A stretch of 63,544 nt of DNA, the filler included, from Caldilineae bacterium (GTDB lineage: Bacteria; Chloroflexota; Anaerolineae; DTLA01): NCBI GenBank assembly GCA_037446815.1. It is 3 parts of 3 records of this genome, joined end to end, with 100 filler letters (N's around TTAATTAATTAA, not from the genome) between each part and the next. Parts side by side here need not be neighbours in the genome. Positions count along the whole stretch, not along the records: positions 24,895 to 49,485 come from JBBIHX010000032.1; positions 49,586 to 63,544 come from JBBIHX010000065.1; 1 more part is not named here. One strand, given 5' to 3'. Positions 46,402 through 56,303 of the stretch are shown here, piece by piece; position 1 is the first letter of the stretch; every line of letters begins with the position of its first letter. The notes beneath the pieces were generated by a model, which saw only the letters and a list, made by a program, of their open reading frames with translations, was not told where the DNA came from and made no database searches. A program made the position numbers and the translations under genes.

Positions 46402-48048
46402 CTATCGCGCTGCGCCCGCCGCAACCCGCCGCGTCTGCACGTACCAGCCTGCAATGCTCCGGAACCGATCCGAGGCGCTGCGCACCGGCCCCAAGGTTAC
46501 CCCCTGAACCGTGTCCCGCACGCCCATCGTGTACACCGACTGATACAGAAACACCGCCGGCGCCTCGTCGCGGAGAATCTCCTGAAGCCGCCCGTACAAC
46601 TCCTGGCGCAGCACCGTATCCGGCGTCTGGCGCGCCTGCTCCATAATCTCGTCGGCGTCGCGGTTCTTGAACTGCGCGAAGTTCTGCCCGGGGTCTGTGG
46701 CCTGTGTGGAGTGCCAGAAGGGGTACATATCGGGGTCGGGCGTGATGTCCAGCCAATGGTACAGCACCGCCTGGAACGCGCGGGGGCGCAGGTAGCCATC
46801 GGCCAATTCCCCGGCCGAGACGGGCGCGACGGCAACCCGCACGCCGATCTCCTGCCACTGGCCCGCGAGGGCCTGGGCCACCCGGACATCCTGCGCTGTA
46901 TCCAGGCAGGCAATCTCCACTTCCAGCGCCCTGCCATCCTTGTCGCGAATCCCGTCGCCGTCGGTGTCGGCCCAGCCCGCATCGGCCAGCAACGTCCGCG
47001 CCTGCTCGGCGTCGTAGGTAGACTGCTCCACCGCGGGGTTGTAAGCCCACGACGTGGGCAGGATGGGGCCATACAGGGGCAGCGCCTGGCCCTCCAGCGC
47101 GTCGGTGATCAGTCGCCTGCGGTCGGTGCCCAAAGCCAGGGCCTGCCGAACGACCGTCGCATCCAGCGGCGGCGACTGGGTGTTGAGGATAACCCAGGTA
47201 GCCTCGGCCACAGGTGCCGAGTACAGGTTCAGCGAAGGCAGCGCCGCCGCATCGCTCAACCGATCGGCGGGGATGCTTCGTATTCCATCCACCTCGCCCC
47301 GCCGGTACGCGGCGAACAGCGATTCCGTATCGGGATACAGGCGCAGCACCAGCCGCTCCAGGTAGGGCTTCGGCCCGTCCCACAGCGGATTGGGGCGCAG
47401 GACAATCTCCTCTGACGACACGCGCTCAAGCATGAACGGGCCGTTCCCGATGGGCGAGGAGTTGAACGGATGGGCCAGCAGGTTGGCCGCCGAGGTGCCC
47501 GCCAGAACATGGGAGGGGAGCAGCCCAATGGTAGTGTAGTCCAGGAACGGCGCGAAGGGTTCGCCGACCGTGAACCGCACGCGACGGTCGTCCACCTTCT
47601 CCACCTGCACCGTCTTCCACAGTTCCGTCAGATAGGGCGGGCCGGGGAAGTCGGGGGACTGCATGAGTTGAAAGGTGTAGACCGCGTCGTCGGCGGTAAT
47701 GGGCGCACCGTCCTGCCACTTGAGGCCGGGCTTCAGGGTGAAGGTATACACCCGCGCGTCGCCCGAAATCTCCCACGATTCGGCCAGGTCGGGCACGATG
47801 CGCGCGCGCTCGTCCACGCGGGTGAGGCCGCGGAACAGCAAGCGGGCCAAATCCTCGTCGGTCTCGTTGAATGCCGCCAGGACGGGGTTAGGCCACTGGG
47901 GCGCGCCCACCACCCCTTCCGTGTATGTGCCCCCCTCGGCGGGAACCAACACGGTGCTCACATGCACCACCTGGCGCGCCAGGACTACGCCGATGAGCAC
48001 AATCCCGCAGAGGGTGAGCACTGCGGCCAAACGGGAACTGCGCGGCAT
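46402..48048 (-). CDS. Family 5 ABC substrate-binding protein, TM-anchored
   Basis: DLAESWEIS, WQDG, GNGPF and VRQAL. N-terminal hydrophobic anchor without a clear lipobox. Confidence 0.85.
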   Translation of the reverse strand: MPRSSRLAAVLTLCGIVLIGVVLARQVVHVSTVLVPAEGGTYTEGVVGAPQWPNPVLAAFNETDEDLARLLFRGLTRVDERARIVPDLAESWEISGDARVYTFTLKPGLKWQDGAPITADDAVYTFQLMQSPDFPGPPYLTELWKTVQVEKVDDRRVRFTVGEPFAPFLDYTTIGLLPSHVLAGTSAANLLAHPFNSSPIGNGPFMLERVSSEEIVLRPNPLWDGPKPYLERLVLRLYPDTESLFAAYRRGEVDGIRSIPADRLSDAAALPSLNLYSAPVAEATWVILNTQSPPLDATVVRQALALGTDRRRLITDALEGQALPLYGPILPTSWAYNPAVEQSTYDAEQARTLLADAGWADTDGDGIRDKDGRALEVEIACLDTAQDVRVAQALAGQWQEIGVRVAVAPVSAGELADGYLRPRAFQAVLYHWLDITPDPDMYPFWHSTQATDPGQNFAQFKNRDADEIMEQARQTPDTVLRQELYGRLQEILRDEAPAVFLYQSVYTMGVRDTVQGVTLGPVRSASDRFRSIAGWYVQTRRVAAGAAR

Positions 48049-48103
48049 ACGCTCTCCAGGGTTGCCCCGTGTAGCAGGGGCGGGTGGGCGCACGTGGCGC
48101 AGA

Positions 48104-48322
48104 CTATGCGATGATGACGATGATGAGCGAAACCAGCAGGAACGCCACCGCCAGGGCGATGGTGGAATTGTACAGGACCTTTTCCACGCCGCGGCGCGTG
48201 CGCTGCACGGCGGACTGGGCACCGAAGACCCCGCCCAAATCGGCCTCGCGGGCCTGGAACAGCACCGCGACGATGAGCGCGATGGCGATGATGATTTGCA
48301 CGAGATACAGATAGGTCAGCAA
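48104..48322 (-). CDS. secG: Preprotein translocase subunit SecG
   Basis: Two TM segments, VLFQ...LGGVFG...TRRGVEK. TTG start 8 nt after GGAGG. Confidence 0.85.
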   Translation of the reverse strand: MLTYLYLVQIIIAIALIVAVLFQAREADLGGVFGAQSAVQRTRRGVEKVLYNSTIALAVAFLLVSLIIVIIA

Positions 48323-48357
48323 GAAACACACCTCCTCAAACGTTGCTGCGCGGTGCG

Positions 48358-48386
48358 ATTATAGCATTTCACCCCCGTCGCGCCAA
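48358..48386 (-). promoter_or_regulatory. sigma70-like promoter of secG
   Basis: TTGGCG-17 nt-TATAAT with an extended TG. Confidence 0.6.
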
Positions 48387-48452
48387 ATGGCACCTGCCGG
48401 CGATTCGGTTTCATCTGCGCCGCCTCGTTGCCCATCTCTACGCGAATGAAAC

Positions 48453-48485
48453 ACGTGCGACGCACCTCGGAGGTGCGTCGCACGT
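48453..48485. repeat. Family A REP palindrome
   Basis: Identical to 14766-14798. Confidence 0.8.
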
Positions 48486-48547
48486 TGACTGCCCGTCCGT
48501 GGTTCTCCGCGTTCGCTGCGGTCTCGGCGGCGAACCCCGGCCGGGAT

Positions 48548-48576
48548 TTGACAAATCGCGGTCAACGGCGTAGCGT
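48548..48576 (+). promoter_or_regulatory. sigma70-like promoter
   Basis: TTGACA-17 nt-TAGCGT. Confidence 0.5.
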
Positions 48577-48607
48577 AAGCAGAAGCCACAGGACGGAGGA
48601 GCGCATC

Positions 48608-48991
48608 ATGGGCCACGACCACGACCATCCACACGAGCACCAGCACGCCCGCGTCAACGCGAAGGTGGCCGTCGCCACCGACGACGGGCTTACCGTCCGC
48701 GACACATTCGCCGGCGCGGCGTACTACGCGGTCCTCACCGTGCGCGAGAGCGACATCATCCACAGCGAACTGCGGGAGGCCCCGCTTGATAACCCGGCGA
48801 GCGACCCACCTCTGCAGCGCGCCCTGGCGTTGCTGGCGGACTGCCAAGCGGCGCTGGCCCGCCGCATGGACGACGCCACGCGCCAGGTGCTCCTGCAGGC
48901 CGGCATCCGGCCCGTCGCGACGCCGCTGGAACTGGTGGAGGAAGCGGTGGATCGGTTTGTCATGGACACGCTGGCCGAGTTGGGGCGATAG
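48608..48991 (+). CDS. NifB/NifX-family protein with His-rich N-terminus
   Basis: MGHDHDHPHEHQH, KVAVATDDG, LADCQA and LLQAGIRP. Confidence 0.65.
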   Translation: MGHDHDHPHEHQHARVNAKVAVATDDGLTVRDTFAGAAYYAVLTVRESDIIHSELREAPLDNPASDPPLQRALALLADCQAALARRMDDATRQVLLQAGIRPVATPLELVEEAVDRFVMDTLAELGR

Positions 48992-49003
48992 GGAGACGAG
49001 CCG

Positions 49004-49456
49004 ATGTCCGGCGGCCTGTCCCCGCGGCGCGCAAGGTGGCCCACCTGGGCGGCGCGGATCGCCGTGGCCGCCGTGTGCGCCTGGAACCTGTCGGCGGCCG
49101 TGCCGTTCACCCTGGGCCCGGACCGCTATGTCGCCGCATTTGAAGTGAGCGGCCCGGGCGCCGAAGCCCTGGTGCGCGGCCTCGGCATCTTGTTCCTCAT
49201 GTGGCAGGTGCCGTTTCTCCCCGTCATCTGGCACCCGCGGCGATACCGCACGTGCCTGCTGGTCATCCTGGTCATGCAAGCCGTGGGGCTGGCGGGCGAA
49301 CTCTGGATGATGGCGACGCTATCCCCCGCCCACGCGGCCTTGCGCGCCACGGGCACGCGGTTTGTCGCGTTTGACGCGGCCGGCCTCGCGCTGCTGGCCG
49401 CGGCGTATGCCATCACCCGCTCCGCGCGAACCCACCCCCGAGAACTGTCATTCTGA
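49004..49456 (+). CDS. Hypothetical 4-TM membrane protein
   Basis: Four hydrophobic segments and a GGAG RBS. The stop lies inside a GTCATTCTGAG REP arm. Confidence 0.6.
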   Translation: MSGGLSPRRARWPTWAARIAVAAVCAWNLSAAVPFTLGPDRYVAAFEVSGPGAEALVRGLGILFLMWQVPFLPVIWHPRRYRTCLLVILVMQAVGLAGELWMMATLSPAHAALRATGTRFVAFDAAGLALLAAAYAITRSARTHPRELSF

Positions 49457-49485
49457 GCGGCGGAGAGCGAAGAATCTCGCCCCTC

Positions 49486-49585
49486 NNNNNNNNNNNNNNN
49501 NNNNNNNNNNNNNNNNNNNNNNNNNNNNNTTAATTAATTAANNNNNNNNNNNNNNNNNNNNNNNNNNNNNNNNNNNNNNNNNNNN
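49486..49585. other. Artificial contig join
   Basis: N44-TTAATTAATTAA-N44. Confidence 0.95.
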
Positions 49586-49656
49586 CTTCGCTTCGCTCGC
49601 AACGACACACGAGGAGAGTGTCCATGCGTTTCACCAACACCAGATGAAACCGACCC
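49586..49656 (-). mobile_element. Partial MITE copy (reverse) at contig start
   Basis: Reverse complement of the MITE left half (...CACCAACACCAGATGAAACCGACC). Confidence 0.65.
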
Positions 49657-49744
49657 GTGCAGCGAGTTCCGCGGGCTTGGGACTCGGACTTGGGAAACGA
49701 GGCCATTCGCCTCGTTTTCTCGTTTTGTGTAGCAGGAGGCCGCC

Positions 49745-50374
49745 ATGCGCATCGTTGGAATCGTGGGGAGCCCCCGCCGCCGAATGAATACCGACACCCT
49801 CGTGCGCGAGGCGCTGGAGGGGGCGGCATCCCTTGGCGCGCGCACCGAGACCTTCTACCCCAACCAGATGGACATCCGCCCGTGCCAGGCGTGTCCCAAG
49901 CACCCCTCGCCCAATCACTGCTTCTTCTTTGACGACATGCAGCAAATCTACGAGGCGCTGGAGAACGCCGATGGCATCATCGTCGGGTCGCCGATTTACT
50001 ACGGGACCGTCAGCGCCCAGTTGAAGCGCGTGATAGACCGCGCGAATTGCCTCACGTGGATTGAGCATGACGCCGACGGCAACGCCGTCTTCACGCCGCG
50101 CCTGGAGAAGGTGAAAAAAGGCGGTATCATCCTCGTCAGCGACGTAACCGAGGACCCCTCGGCGGCGCTGGTGCCCATTCGCCTGTTCTTCCACGACGCG
50201 CGCATAGAACCCGTCGGCGAGTTGTTCATCCCCCACGCCGACGCGGGCAAGGGCGCGCGCAACGACGCGGTGTCCCTGGAGCAGGCGCGGGCCCTGGGCG
50301 TGGCCGTGGCGCGGGCCATCGCCGAGAGCGCGGGCGGCGGCCAGCACGGGAGCACGCGCCGCCACGGCCAGTAG
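49745..50374 (+). CDS. Flavodoxin-fold / iron-sulfur flavoprotein (FMN reductase) family
   Basis: GSPRRRMNT, PCQAC...C...DDM and GSPIYYGTVSAQLK. Confidence 0.85.
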   Translation: MRIVGIVGSPRRRMNTDTLVREALEGAASLGARTETFYPNQMDIRPCQACPKHPSPNHCFFFDDMQQIYEALENADGIIVGSPIYYGTVSAQLKRVIDRANCLTWIEHDADGNAVFTPRLEKVKKGGIILVSDVTEDPSAALVPIRLFFHDARIEPVGELFIPHADAGKGARNDAVSLEQARALGVAVARAIAESAGGGQHGSTRRHGQ

Positions 50375-50419
50375 CCGTCAGGATGGGATGGGGGGTTGAT
50401 TCGCAGCGCCCCAGCGCCT

Positions 50420-50700
50420 GTCTTTCTAAGCGGCGAGGCCGCGAAGACTCTTGTAGAGCAAGTTGGCAACTTGCTCTACTCTGCCCCATCCGCGCAATCT
50501 GTGTTATCCGCGGATACCGTTCCCCTATTCGCGTGGGTTCGCGTTCATTCGGCGTTACAAGAATGGTCTTTCTAATCGGCGAGGCCGCGAAGAATCTCGT
50601 AGAGCAAGTTGGCAACTTGCTCTACTCTGCCCCATCCGCGCAATCCATGGATACCGTTTCCGTTCGCGCCGATTCGTGTGATTCGCGGATGGAGTCTGGG
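50420..50700. repeat. Duplicated REP cluster with family B palindromes (50453-50479, 50599-50625)
   Basis: Two copies of GGCGAGGCCGCGAAGA...GTAGAGCAAGTTGGCAACTTGCTCTACTCTGCCCCATCCGCGCAATC. Confidence 0.8.
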
Positions 50701-50725
50701 CTCCACCCGCATGGACGGGTGGCGC

Positions 50726-51700
50726 CTAATACTCAAACAGCGTCGTCATGGACTGGCCGGCGTGGATGCGGTGAATCGCCTCGGCAAACAGCGGCGCGAC
50801 CGACAGCACCTGCATGTCCTTGATGCGCTTCTCCTGGGGAATGGGCACGGTGTTGGTGGTAACGATCTCGTGGATTTCCGGCGTGGCCAGCAGCCGCTGA
50901 ATGGCCGGGCCGGAGAACACCCCATGGGTGCAGCACAGGCTCACGTCCGTAACGTCCAACTCCCGCAGGCGCGCCACGGCCTCCACCACCGACCCCGCCG
51001 TGGCCACCTCGTCGTCAAACAGGATGACCCGCTTCCCGCGCACGTCGCCGATGATGGTCTCAATGTGCACGGTCTCGTCGGTGAGGCGCTTCTTGGTCCC
51101 CGCGGCCACCGGCACCCCCAGGTTGCGGGCGAAGGCGAAGGCCCGCTTGGCGTGGCCCATGTCCGGCGCGACGACCACCGTGTTGGACAGGTCCTTCTTG
51201 CGGTAGAACGTGGCCAAAACCGGATGCGCCGTCAGGTGATCCACCGGCATCTGGAAGAAGCCATGCACCTGCGGGGAGTGGAGGGTCATCGTGAGCACGC
51301 GGTTCGCCCCTGCCGTGTGGATGAGGTCAGCGATGAGTTTGGCGGCGATGGAGATGCGCGGCTCGTCCTTCTTGTCCGAGCGGCTGTACGAGTAATACGG
51401 AATCACCGCCGTAACGCGCCCCGCCGATGCGCTCCGCGCCGCGTCCAGCAGCAGGAGCAACTCCACCAGGTTGTCGCTCACCGGATAGGTGAGGGGCTGG
51501 ATGATGAAGACATCCTTCTCGCGGACGCTATCTTGCAGTTGGACGTACAGGTTATCGTTGCTGAACTTGCGGGTAACCGATGGAGACAGAGGTATCCCCA
51601 GGTGCTCACAGATCTCCAGGGCCAGCGCCCGGTGCGCCTGACCGCTGAAGACGCAGATTTCCTTCCGATCCCCCCGGATGTCATCTTGAATGCGCGGCAT
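50726..51700 (-). CDS. prs: Ribose-phosphate pyrophosphokinase
   Basis: PYYSYSRSDKK, LHSPQVHGFF, VAPDMG, DDEVATAGS and THGVFS. Confidence 0.92.
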   Translation of the reverse strand: MPRIQDDIRGDRKEICVFSGQAHRALALEICEHLGIPLSPSVTRKFSNDNLYVQLQDSVREKDVFIIQPLTYPVSDNLVELLLLLDAARSASAGRVTAVIPYYSYSRSDKKDEPRISIAAKLIADLIHTAGANRVLTMTLHSPQVHGFFQMPVDHLTAHPVLATFYRKKDLSNTVVVAPDMGHAKRAFAFARNLGVPVAAGTKKRLTDETVHIETIIGDVRGKRVILFDDEVATAGSVVEAVARLRELDVTDVSLCCTHGVFSGPAIQRLLATPEIHEIVTTNTVPIPQEKRIKDMQVLSVAPLFAEAIHRIHAGQSMTTLFEY

Positions 51701-51702
51701 GG

Positions 51703-52056
51703 TTATGACAACTCTCCTGAATCCTGATGTTGGGCCATTTCGGCCCTGTATTCTTGTTCCGTGAGAAACGATCCCCCGGAGATTTCGCGTCGCAACAGGT
51801 TGCGCCGCCAGTCAAAGGTCAGTTTGACCTCTATCGGCGCGTGGCATCGCCCGCTCCCGATGAGTACCTTGCGTGTAACGTAGACCGTGTCCTCGCGCGT
51901 TTCGCCGAACTCGGCGCTCAACTCGTTGCGCAGGTCCACCCGCGCCTTCAGCGGCTCGCCGCAGGCGGCGCACCGCACGTACACCCAGTACGCCATCGGG
52001 TCGGCGACACCTTGCCCGCCGCTCACAAGTCGCAGCAACCGCTCCCAGAAGCCCAT
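51703..52056 (-). CDS. Hypothetical protein with CxxC motif
   Basis: VRCAACGE...C. It sits in-operon between the GT-C gene and prs. Confidence 0.6.
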   Translation of the reverse strand: MGFWERLLRLVSGGQGVADPMAYWVYVRCAACGEPLKARVDLRNELSAEFGETREDTVYVTRKVLIGSGRCHAPIEVKLTFDWRRNLLRREISGGSFLTEQEYRAEMAQHQDSGELS

Positions 52057-52081
52057 CTCCGCACCCCTGCCGGAACCCCGG

Positions 52082-53629
52082 CTACCCTGTGAAGTATGGA
52101 ACAATATACCCGAAAAGGCAAATCCCGTCCAGCGCCACGAAGAGCGCGTAGGTAGCCACCTGCCACGCCCACGCCCGCCGCGGGCCGAGCCGCCAGATGA
52201 CCGCGTACCCCAGCGCCGATAGGCCCAGCAGCAGCGACAGCGTCTTGAACGCGCGGCCCGTGAGAGCCGCCACGGCCAGACTGGCGGCGATGCCAACGGC
52301 GCTTGCGAAAGCCAGCAGGCGCGCCCGCGTGGGCCGAAATGTCTCCCTCATCCCCAACGTCATCGCTAGCGCAATCGCGGGCATGGCGGGAAACAGGTAT
52401 CGCCCCTGGTGCTGGACAAACTGCGCGTTGTACCATAGGTACGCCGCGCCTGTAAGCCCAAGCCACAACGCCAACAGCCCCAGCGCCCGCCACTGAAAGC
52501 CCGACAGCATCCCGCGATTGACAGCCGCCCGCAGCACGAACAGCAGCAGCCCGACAACCGCCAGCAGAGACACCAGCGCCAGGGCCTGGTAGAGGCGCTG
52601 GTCCACCAGCACGCCCATCCAGCCGAACTGCGCCCAGAAACTGCGGAACGTGGTAATGACGAACTCCCGCGCCAGGCCACCCCAGCCCATCCGCGCCACC
52701 CACTCCGCCGTCGTCGGCTGCCCCACGACGATGGCATTGTGGCGCTGGAGGCCGAGCACGTCCAGGCCGCCGTACACGGCGATGTTGCGGATGTACCACG
52801 GCAGGTTGAGCAGCAGCGCAGGGACGAACGCCGCCACCGCGCGAATCGCCAGGGCGCGTCGGCCCCGCCCGCGGGCCATCCCCAGCGCCGCGAGCGCCAG
52901 CGGAATCGCGACATACGCCGACGTCTTGGTGAGCATCGCCAAGCCCATGACCACGCCCGCCCAAGCCCACAGCCGCAGCGCGCCCGCCCCTTCCAGCCGT
53001 AACGCCTTCACCAGCAGGAGCACCGCCGAGAGGAGCAGAAGGTTGGCGAGGGCGTCATTGTTCACCGCCGCCGTCATGGCCACATGCATAGGGACGGTGG
53101 CGGCCAACCCCGTCGCCAGCAACGCCAGCAGCCCGTCATCCGGGAAGATGATCCGCACCAGGCGATAGCAGAGCGCCAGCAACCCCGCGCCGAACGCGAT
53201 GGACAAGAACCGCAGCGCCATCACCTGCCCGGCCACAGGCCAGCCCTGCTCCATCGGCACGCCCAGCGCTGCCAGTGCGCCTTGCACGCTTGGCGACAGG
53301 GGAATGCTCCCCGCGAGGCCGTACACGGGCACGGCGATGAGGTAGTACAGCGGCGGCTGGTGAAACTCGTAGCGGATGGGGTCTATGGACATGTCGGGCG
53401 GGAAGCGCCGCGCCTTGATCTCCTCCAGGTAGGCGTGCGGGTAGTCGCCCATCTGGAGCACCGGCAGCCGGCCTTCGTTCCAGATATGGCGGATGTAGTT
53501 GAAGTGGGCCGGCTCGTCCGGATTCTGCCACAAGGGCGTGCGCAGGGCGTACAGCCCCGCCGTCAGGACATAGACCGCGAGAATGACGATTAGCCCCAGG
53601 GTACGGACGTCCCTCCCGGGCGAGTTCAA
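52082..53629 (-). CDS. GT-C fold glycosyltransferase (DUF2142/PMT-like)
   Basis: WQNPDEPAHFNY, HQPPLYY, VNND and QGRYLFP. Confidence 0.7.
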   Translation of the reverse strand: MNSPGRDVRTLGLIVILAVYVLTAGLYALRTPLWQNPDEPAHFNYIRHIWNEGRLPVLQMGDYPHAYLEEIKARRFPPDMSIDPIRYEFHQPPLYYLIAVPVYGLAGSIPLSPSVQGALAALGVPMEQGWPVAGQVMALRFLSIAFGAGLLALCYRLVRIIFPDDGLLALLATGLAATVPMHVAMTAAVNNDALANLLLLSAVLLLVKALRLEGAGALRLWAWAGVVMGLAMLTKTSAYVAIPLALAALGMARGRGRRALAIRAVAAFVPALLLNLPWYIRNIAVYGGLDVLGLQRHNAIVVGQPTTAEWVARMGWGGLAREFVITTFRSFWAQFGWMGVLVDQRLYQALALVSLLAVVGLLLFVLRAAVNRGMLSGFQWRALGLLALWLGLTGAAYLWYNAQFVQHQGRYLFPAMPAIALAMTLGMRETFRPTRARLLAFASAVGIAASLAVAALTGRAFKTLSLLLGLSALGYAVIWRLGPRRAWAWQVATYALFVALDGICLFGYIVPYFTG

Positions 53630-53662
53630 CGCGAACCTCCCATCCGCCGACGCGACGGGCGA

Positions 53663-55414
53663 CTACGCCCCGCCGGACATCCGCGCCAGTTCCTGCTCTA
53701 CGATGCCCTCGTCCACCTTGCTGAAAAGCGGCTTGGGCGGCGGCAGTTTCTGCCCGGGCGGCACGCGGCTCGGCTCCCATCGCGCCGCCAGGCCACTCGC
53801 GTCGTAGCGCAGCACCAGGTGCGACCGCGTCGCCTCTTGCACCACCTCGGTGTACTGTCGCCCGAAGATGTCGGTCTCGTACCCCAGCAGGTTGTGAAGC
53901 CGCTGCGACGAGAATGGCAGGAACGGGGCCAGCAGCACCTTCAGGTCGTTGATGACGCACAGGCAGGTATAAATCGTCGTGGCGGCAGCGCGGCGATCTT
54001 CCTTGATTTGGAACCACGGCGCTTTGGCGTCCAGGTAGCGGTTCGCCTCGTGCGCCACAGCCATAATCTCGGTGATGGCGGCCTTGAACTTGCACGCCTC
54101 CAGCAGGTCGCCCGCCGTCTGGAACGCGCCATCGGCCCGCGCTAGGATGGCGGCGTCGGCCTCGCCCAGTTCGCCCGGCTCGGGCACGCGGCCCTCAAAG
54201 TTGCGCTGGGCAAACGACAGGGTGCGGTGCACCAGGTTGCCGTAGGTCGCCACCAACTCGTCGTTGGTGCGCCGCACGTACTCGCCCCACGAGAAATTCG
54301 TGTCGCGCGTCTCGGGCATGTTGATGGACAGAATGTAGCGCAGCGTGTCGGGGTCGTAGCGCGACAGGAAGTCCAGCACCTCTATGACCCAGCGGCGGCT
54401 CTTGCTCAGGGTCTTCTCTTCCAGCGTCAGGTACTCGTTGGCGGGCACGTCATAGGGCAGGTTCAGGTCGCCGTAGCCGATGAGCATCCCAGGCCAGATG
54501 ACGGTGTGGAACGGGATGTTGTCCTTGCCGATGAAGTAGTAACTGCGCGTGCCCTTGTCCTGCCACCAGTCGCGCCAGCGTTCGGGCTCGCCGATGAGTG
54601 TGGCCCATTCCTTCGTCGCGGCCAGGTAGCCGATGACGGCGTCAAACCACACGTAGATGCGCTTGTCCTCAAACCCCTCCACGGGCACGGGAATGCCCCA
54701 CGGGATGTCGCGGGTGATGGGCCGCCCCCGCAGTTCCGGATCGTTGAGCATGTTCAGGGTGAACTGGAGCACGTTGGGCCGCCAGTGCTCCTTGCCGTCC
54801 TGGAGCCACTCCAGCAGTCGCGGGCGCAGTTTGGGCAAGTCCAAGAAGAAGTGCTCCGTCTGCCGTATCCTGGGGCGGTGGCCGCAGAAGCGGCAGCGCG
54901 GCTCCAGGAGTTCCACAGCGTCCAGCGTGCGCCCGCACTTGTCGCACTGGTCGCCTCGCGCGCTGGGGTTGCCGCAGTGGGGGCACGTGCCCTCCACGTA
55001 GCGGTCGGGCAGGTACTTCTTGCAGTGATCGCAGTACAGGGCATCCATCACGTCGCGGTAGATGTACCCGTTGCGCAGCAGCGTCAGGAACACGTCCTGG
55101 GTAACGGCCCAGTGGTTCTCGGTATCGGTCTCCGTGTACAGGTCAAACGACACGCCCAGTTTCAGGTACGCCTCAATGTCGCGCGGGTGATAACGGTCTA
55201 CCACTTCGCGCGGGGTGATGCCTTCCTCCTCGGCGCGCACGGTGATGGGCGTGCCGTGGGTATCGCTGCCGGACACCATCAGCACCTCGCGGCCCCGCAA
55301 CCGCTGGTAGCGCGCGAAGATGTCGCACGGGACATACGCTCCGGCCAGGTGCCCCAAATGCAGATCGCCGTTGACATACGGCCAGGCGACGCAAACATGG
55401 ATTCGTTCGGTCAT
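53663..55414 (-). CDS. metG: Methionine--tRNA ligase (no C-terminal tRNA-binding domain)
   Basis: PYVNGDLHLGH, Zn-knuckle CxxC motifs, YVWFDA, GKDN and LSKS. Confidence 0.95.
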   Translation of the reverse strand: MTERIHVCVAWPYVNGDLHLGHLAGAYVPCDIFARYQRLRGREVLMVSGSDTHGTPITVRAEEEGITPREVVDRYHPRDIEAYLKLGVSFDLYTETDTENHWAVTQDVFLTLLRNGYIYRDVMDALYCDHCKKYLPDRYVEGTCPHCGNPSARGDQCDKCGRTLDAVELLEPRCRFCGHRPRIRQTEHFFLDLPKLRPRLLEWLQDGKEHWRPNVLQFTLNMLNDPELRGRPITRDIPWGIPVPVEGFEDKRIYVWFDAVIGYLAATKEWATLIGEPERWRDWWQDKGTRSYYFIGKDNIPFHTVIWPGMLIGYGDLNLPYDVPANEYLTLEEKTLSKSRRWVIEVLDFLSRYDPDTLRYILSINMPETRDTNFSWGEYVRRTNDELVATYGNLVHRTLSFAQRNFEGRVPEPGELGEADAAILARADGAFQTAGDLLEACKFKAAITEIMAVAHEANRYLDAKAPWFQIKEDRRAAATTIYTCLCVINDLKVLLAPFLPFSSQRLHNLLGYETDIFGRQYTEVVQEATRSHLVLRYDASGLAARWEPSRVPPGQKLPPPKPLFSKVDEGIVEQELARMSGGA

Positions 55415-55487
55415 GCTCCTCTTCTCCTCACCTACAAACAGACGCTCCTAACAAACGGTATGCCGATGCTCGGCGGCTTTCCTTCGG

Positions 55488-56303
55488 TCAATTGCGCGTT
55501 TCGGGGGGCTGCCCCCCCATCTGCCCTTTCGCCGCCACCGGCTGGCGATACCGCCCGCGCCAGTCGTTCAGCCGAATGCGTACCACATCCTGGAACATGC
55601 GGATGGATTCCCGCAAGGGGTGCACCTTGCTGCTCTCCCCGTAGTGCCACTCCACGGGCACATCCTTGACCCTGTACCCCGATTTGACGGCGAGGTACAG
55701 GACTTCCACGTCAAAGCCGGTCAGCGCGCTGCCTTTCGGGGGCTTGGCATCCTCGCCGTACAGGCGCAGGCGGCGGAACAGGTCGTGGGCCGCCTCGCGC
55801 GTGAACAGTTTGAACCCGCACTGCGTGTCCTGGAAATGGCGCAGCGCCACCAGCCGCACGACGAAGTTGAACACGCGCCCCATGCAATGGCGATACCAGG
55901 GTTCGCCGACCCGCCGCGCTCCCAATCCCTCGCGCGAGCCGATGACGACATCGTGCCCCGCGTCCATTGCCGCGAACAACTTCGGCAGTTCCTCCAGCGG
56001 CGTGGGTAGGTCGGCGTCGGTAAACAGCACCCGCTTGCCCGTGGCCGCCAACATTCCCGTGCGGACGGCGTAGGCCTTGCCGCGATGGTCGTTCTCTATC
56101 ACCCGCAGGCGCGGGTACCGCTCGGCGAACGGGCGGATGGCCGCCACCGTCCCGTCGGTGCTCCCATCGTCCACGACGATGACCTCCGTCGGGTAGGATT
56201 GCGCCTGCACGAAGGCCAGCACCTTCTCCAGGTTGGAGGGGAGCCGCTTCTCCTCGTTGTACGCGGGTATTACGATGGTTAAATAGGCTTCGTCAGAAGT
56301 CAT
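55488..56303 (-). CDS. Polyprenyl-phosphate glycosyltransferase (DPM1/ALG5-like GT2)
   Basis: IPAYNEE, DDGSTD, FTDAD, DTQCGFK and FDVE. Confidence 0.85.
   Translation of the reverse strand: MTSDEAYLTIVIPAYNEEKRLPSNLEKVLAFVQAQSYPTEVIVVDDGSTDGTVAAIRPFAERYPRLRVIENDHRGKAYAVRTGMLAATGKRVLFTDADLPTPLEELPKLFAAMDAGHDVVIGSREGLGARRVGEPWYRHCMGRVFNFVVRLVALRHFQDTQCGFKLFTREAAHDLFRRLRLYGEDAKPPKGSALTGFDVEVLYLAVKSGYRVKDVPVEWHYGESSKVHPLRESIRMFQDVVRIRLNDWRGRYRQPVAAKGQMGGQPPETRN

Noticed and set aside
55415..55487. T-box or SAM leader before metG
   Set aside because: Only ~70 nt of intergenic sequence, with no T-box or SAM motifs.
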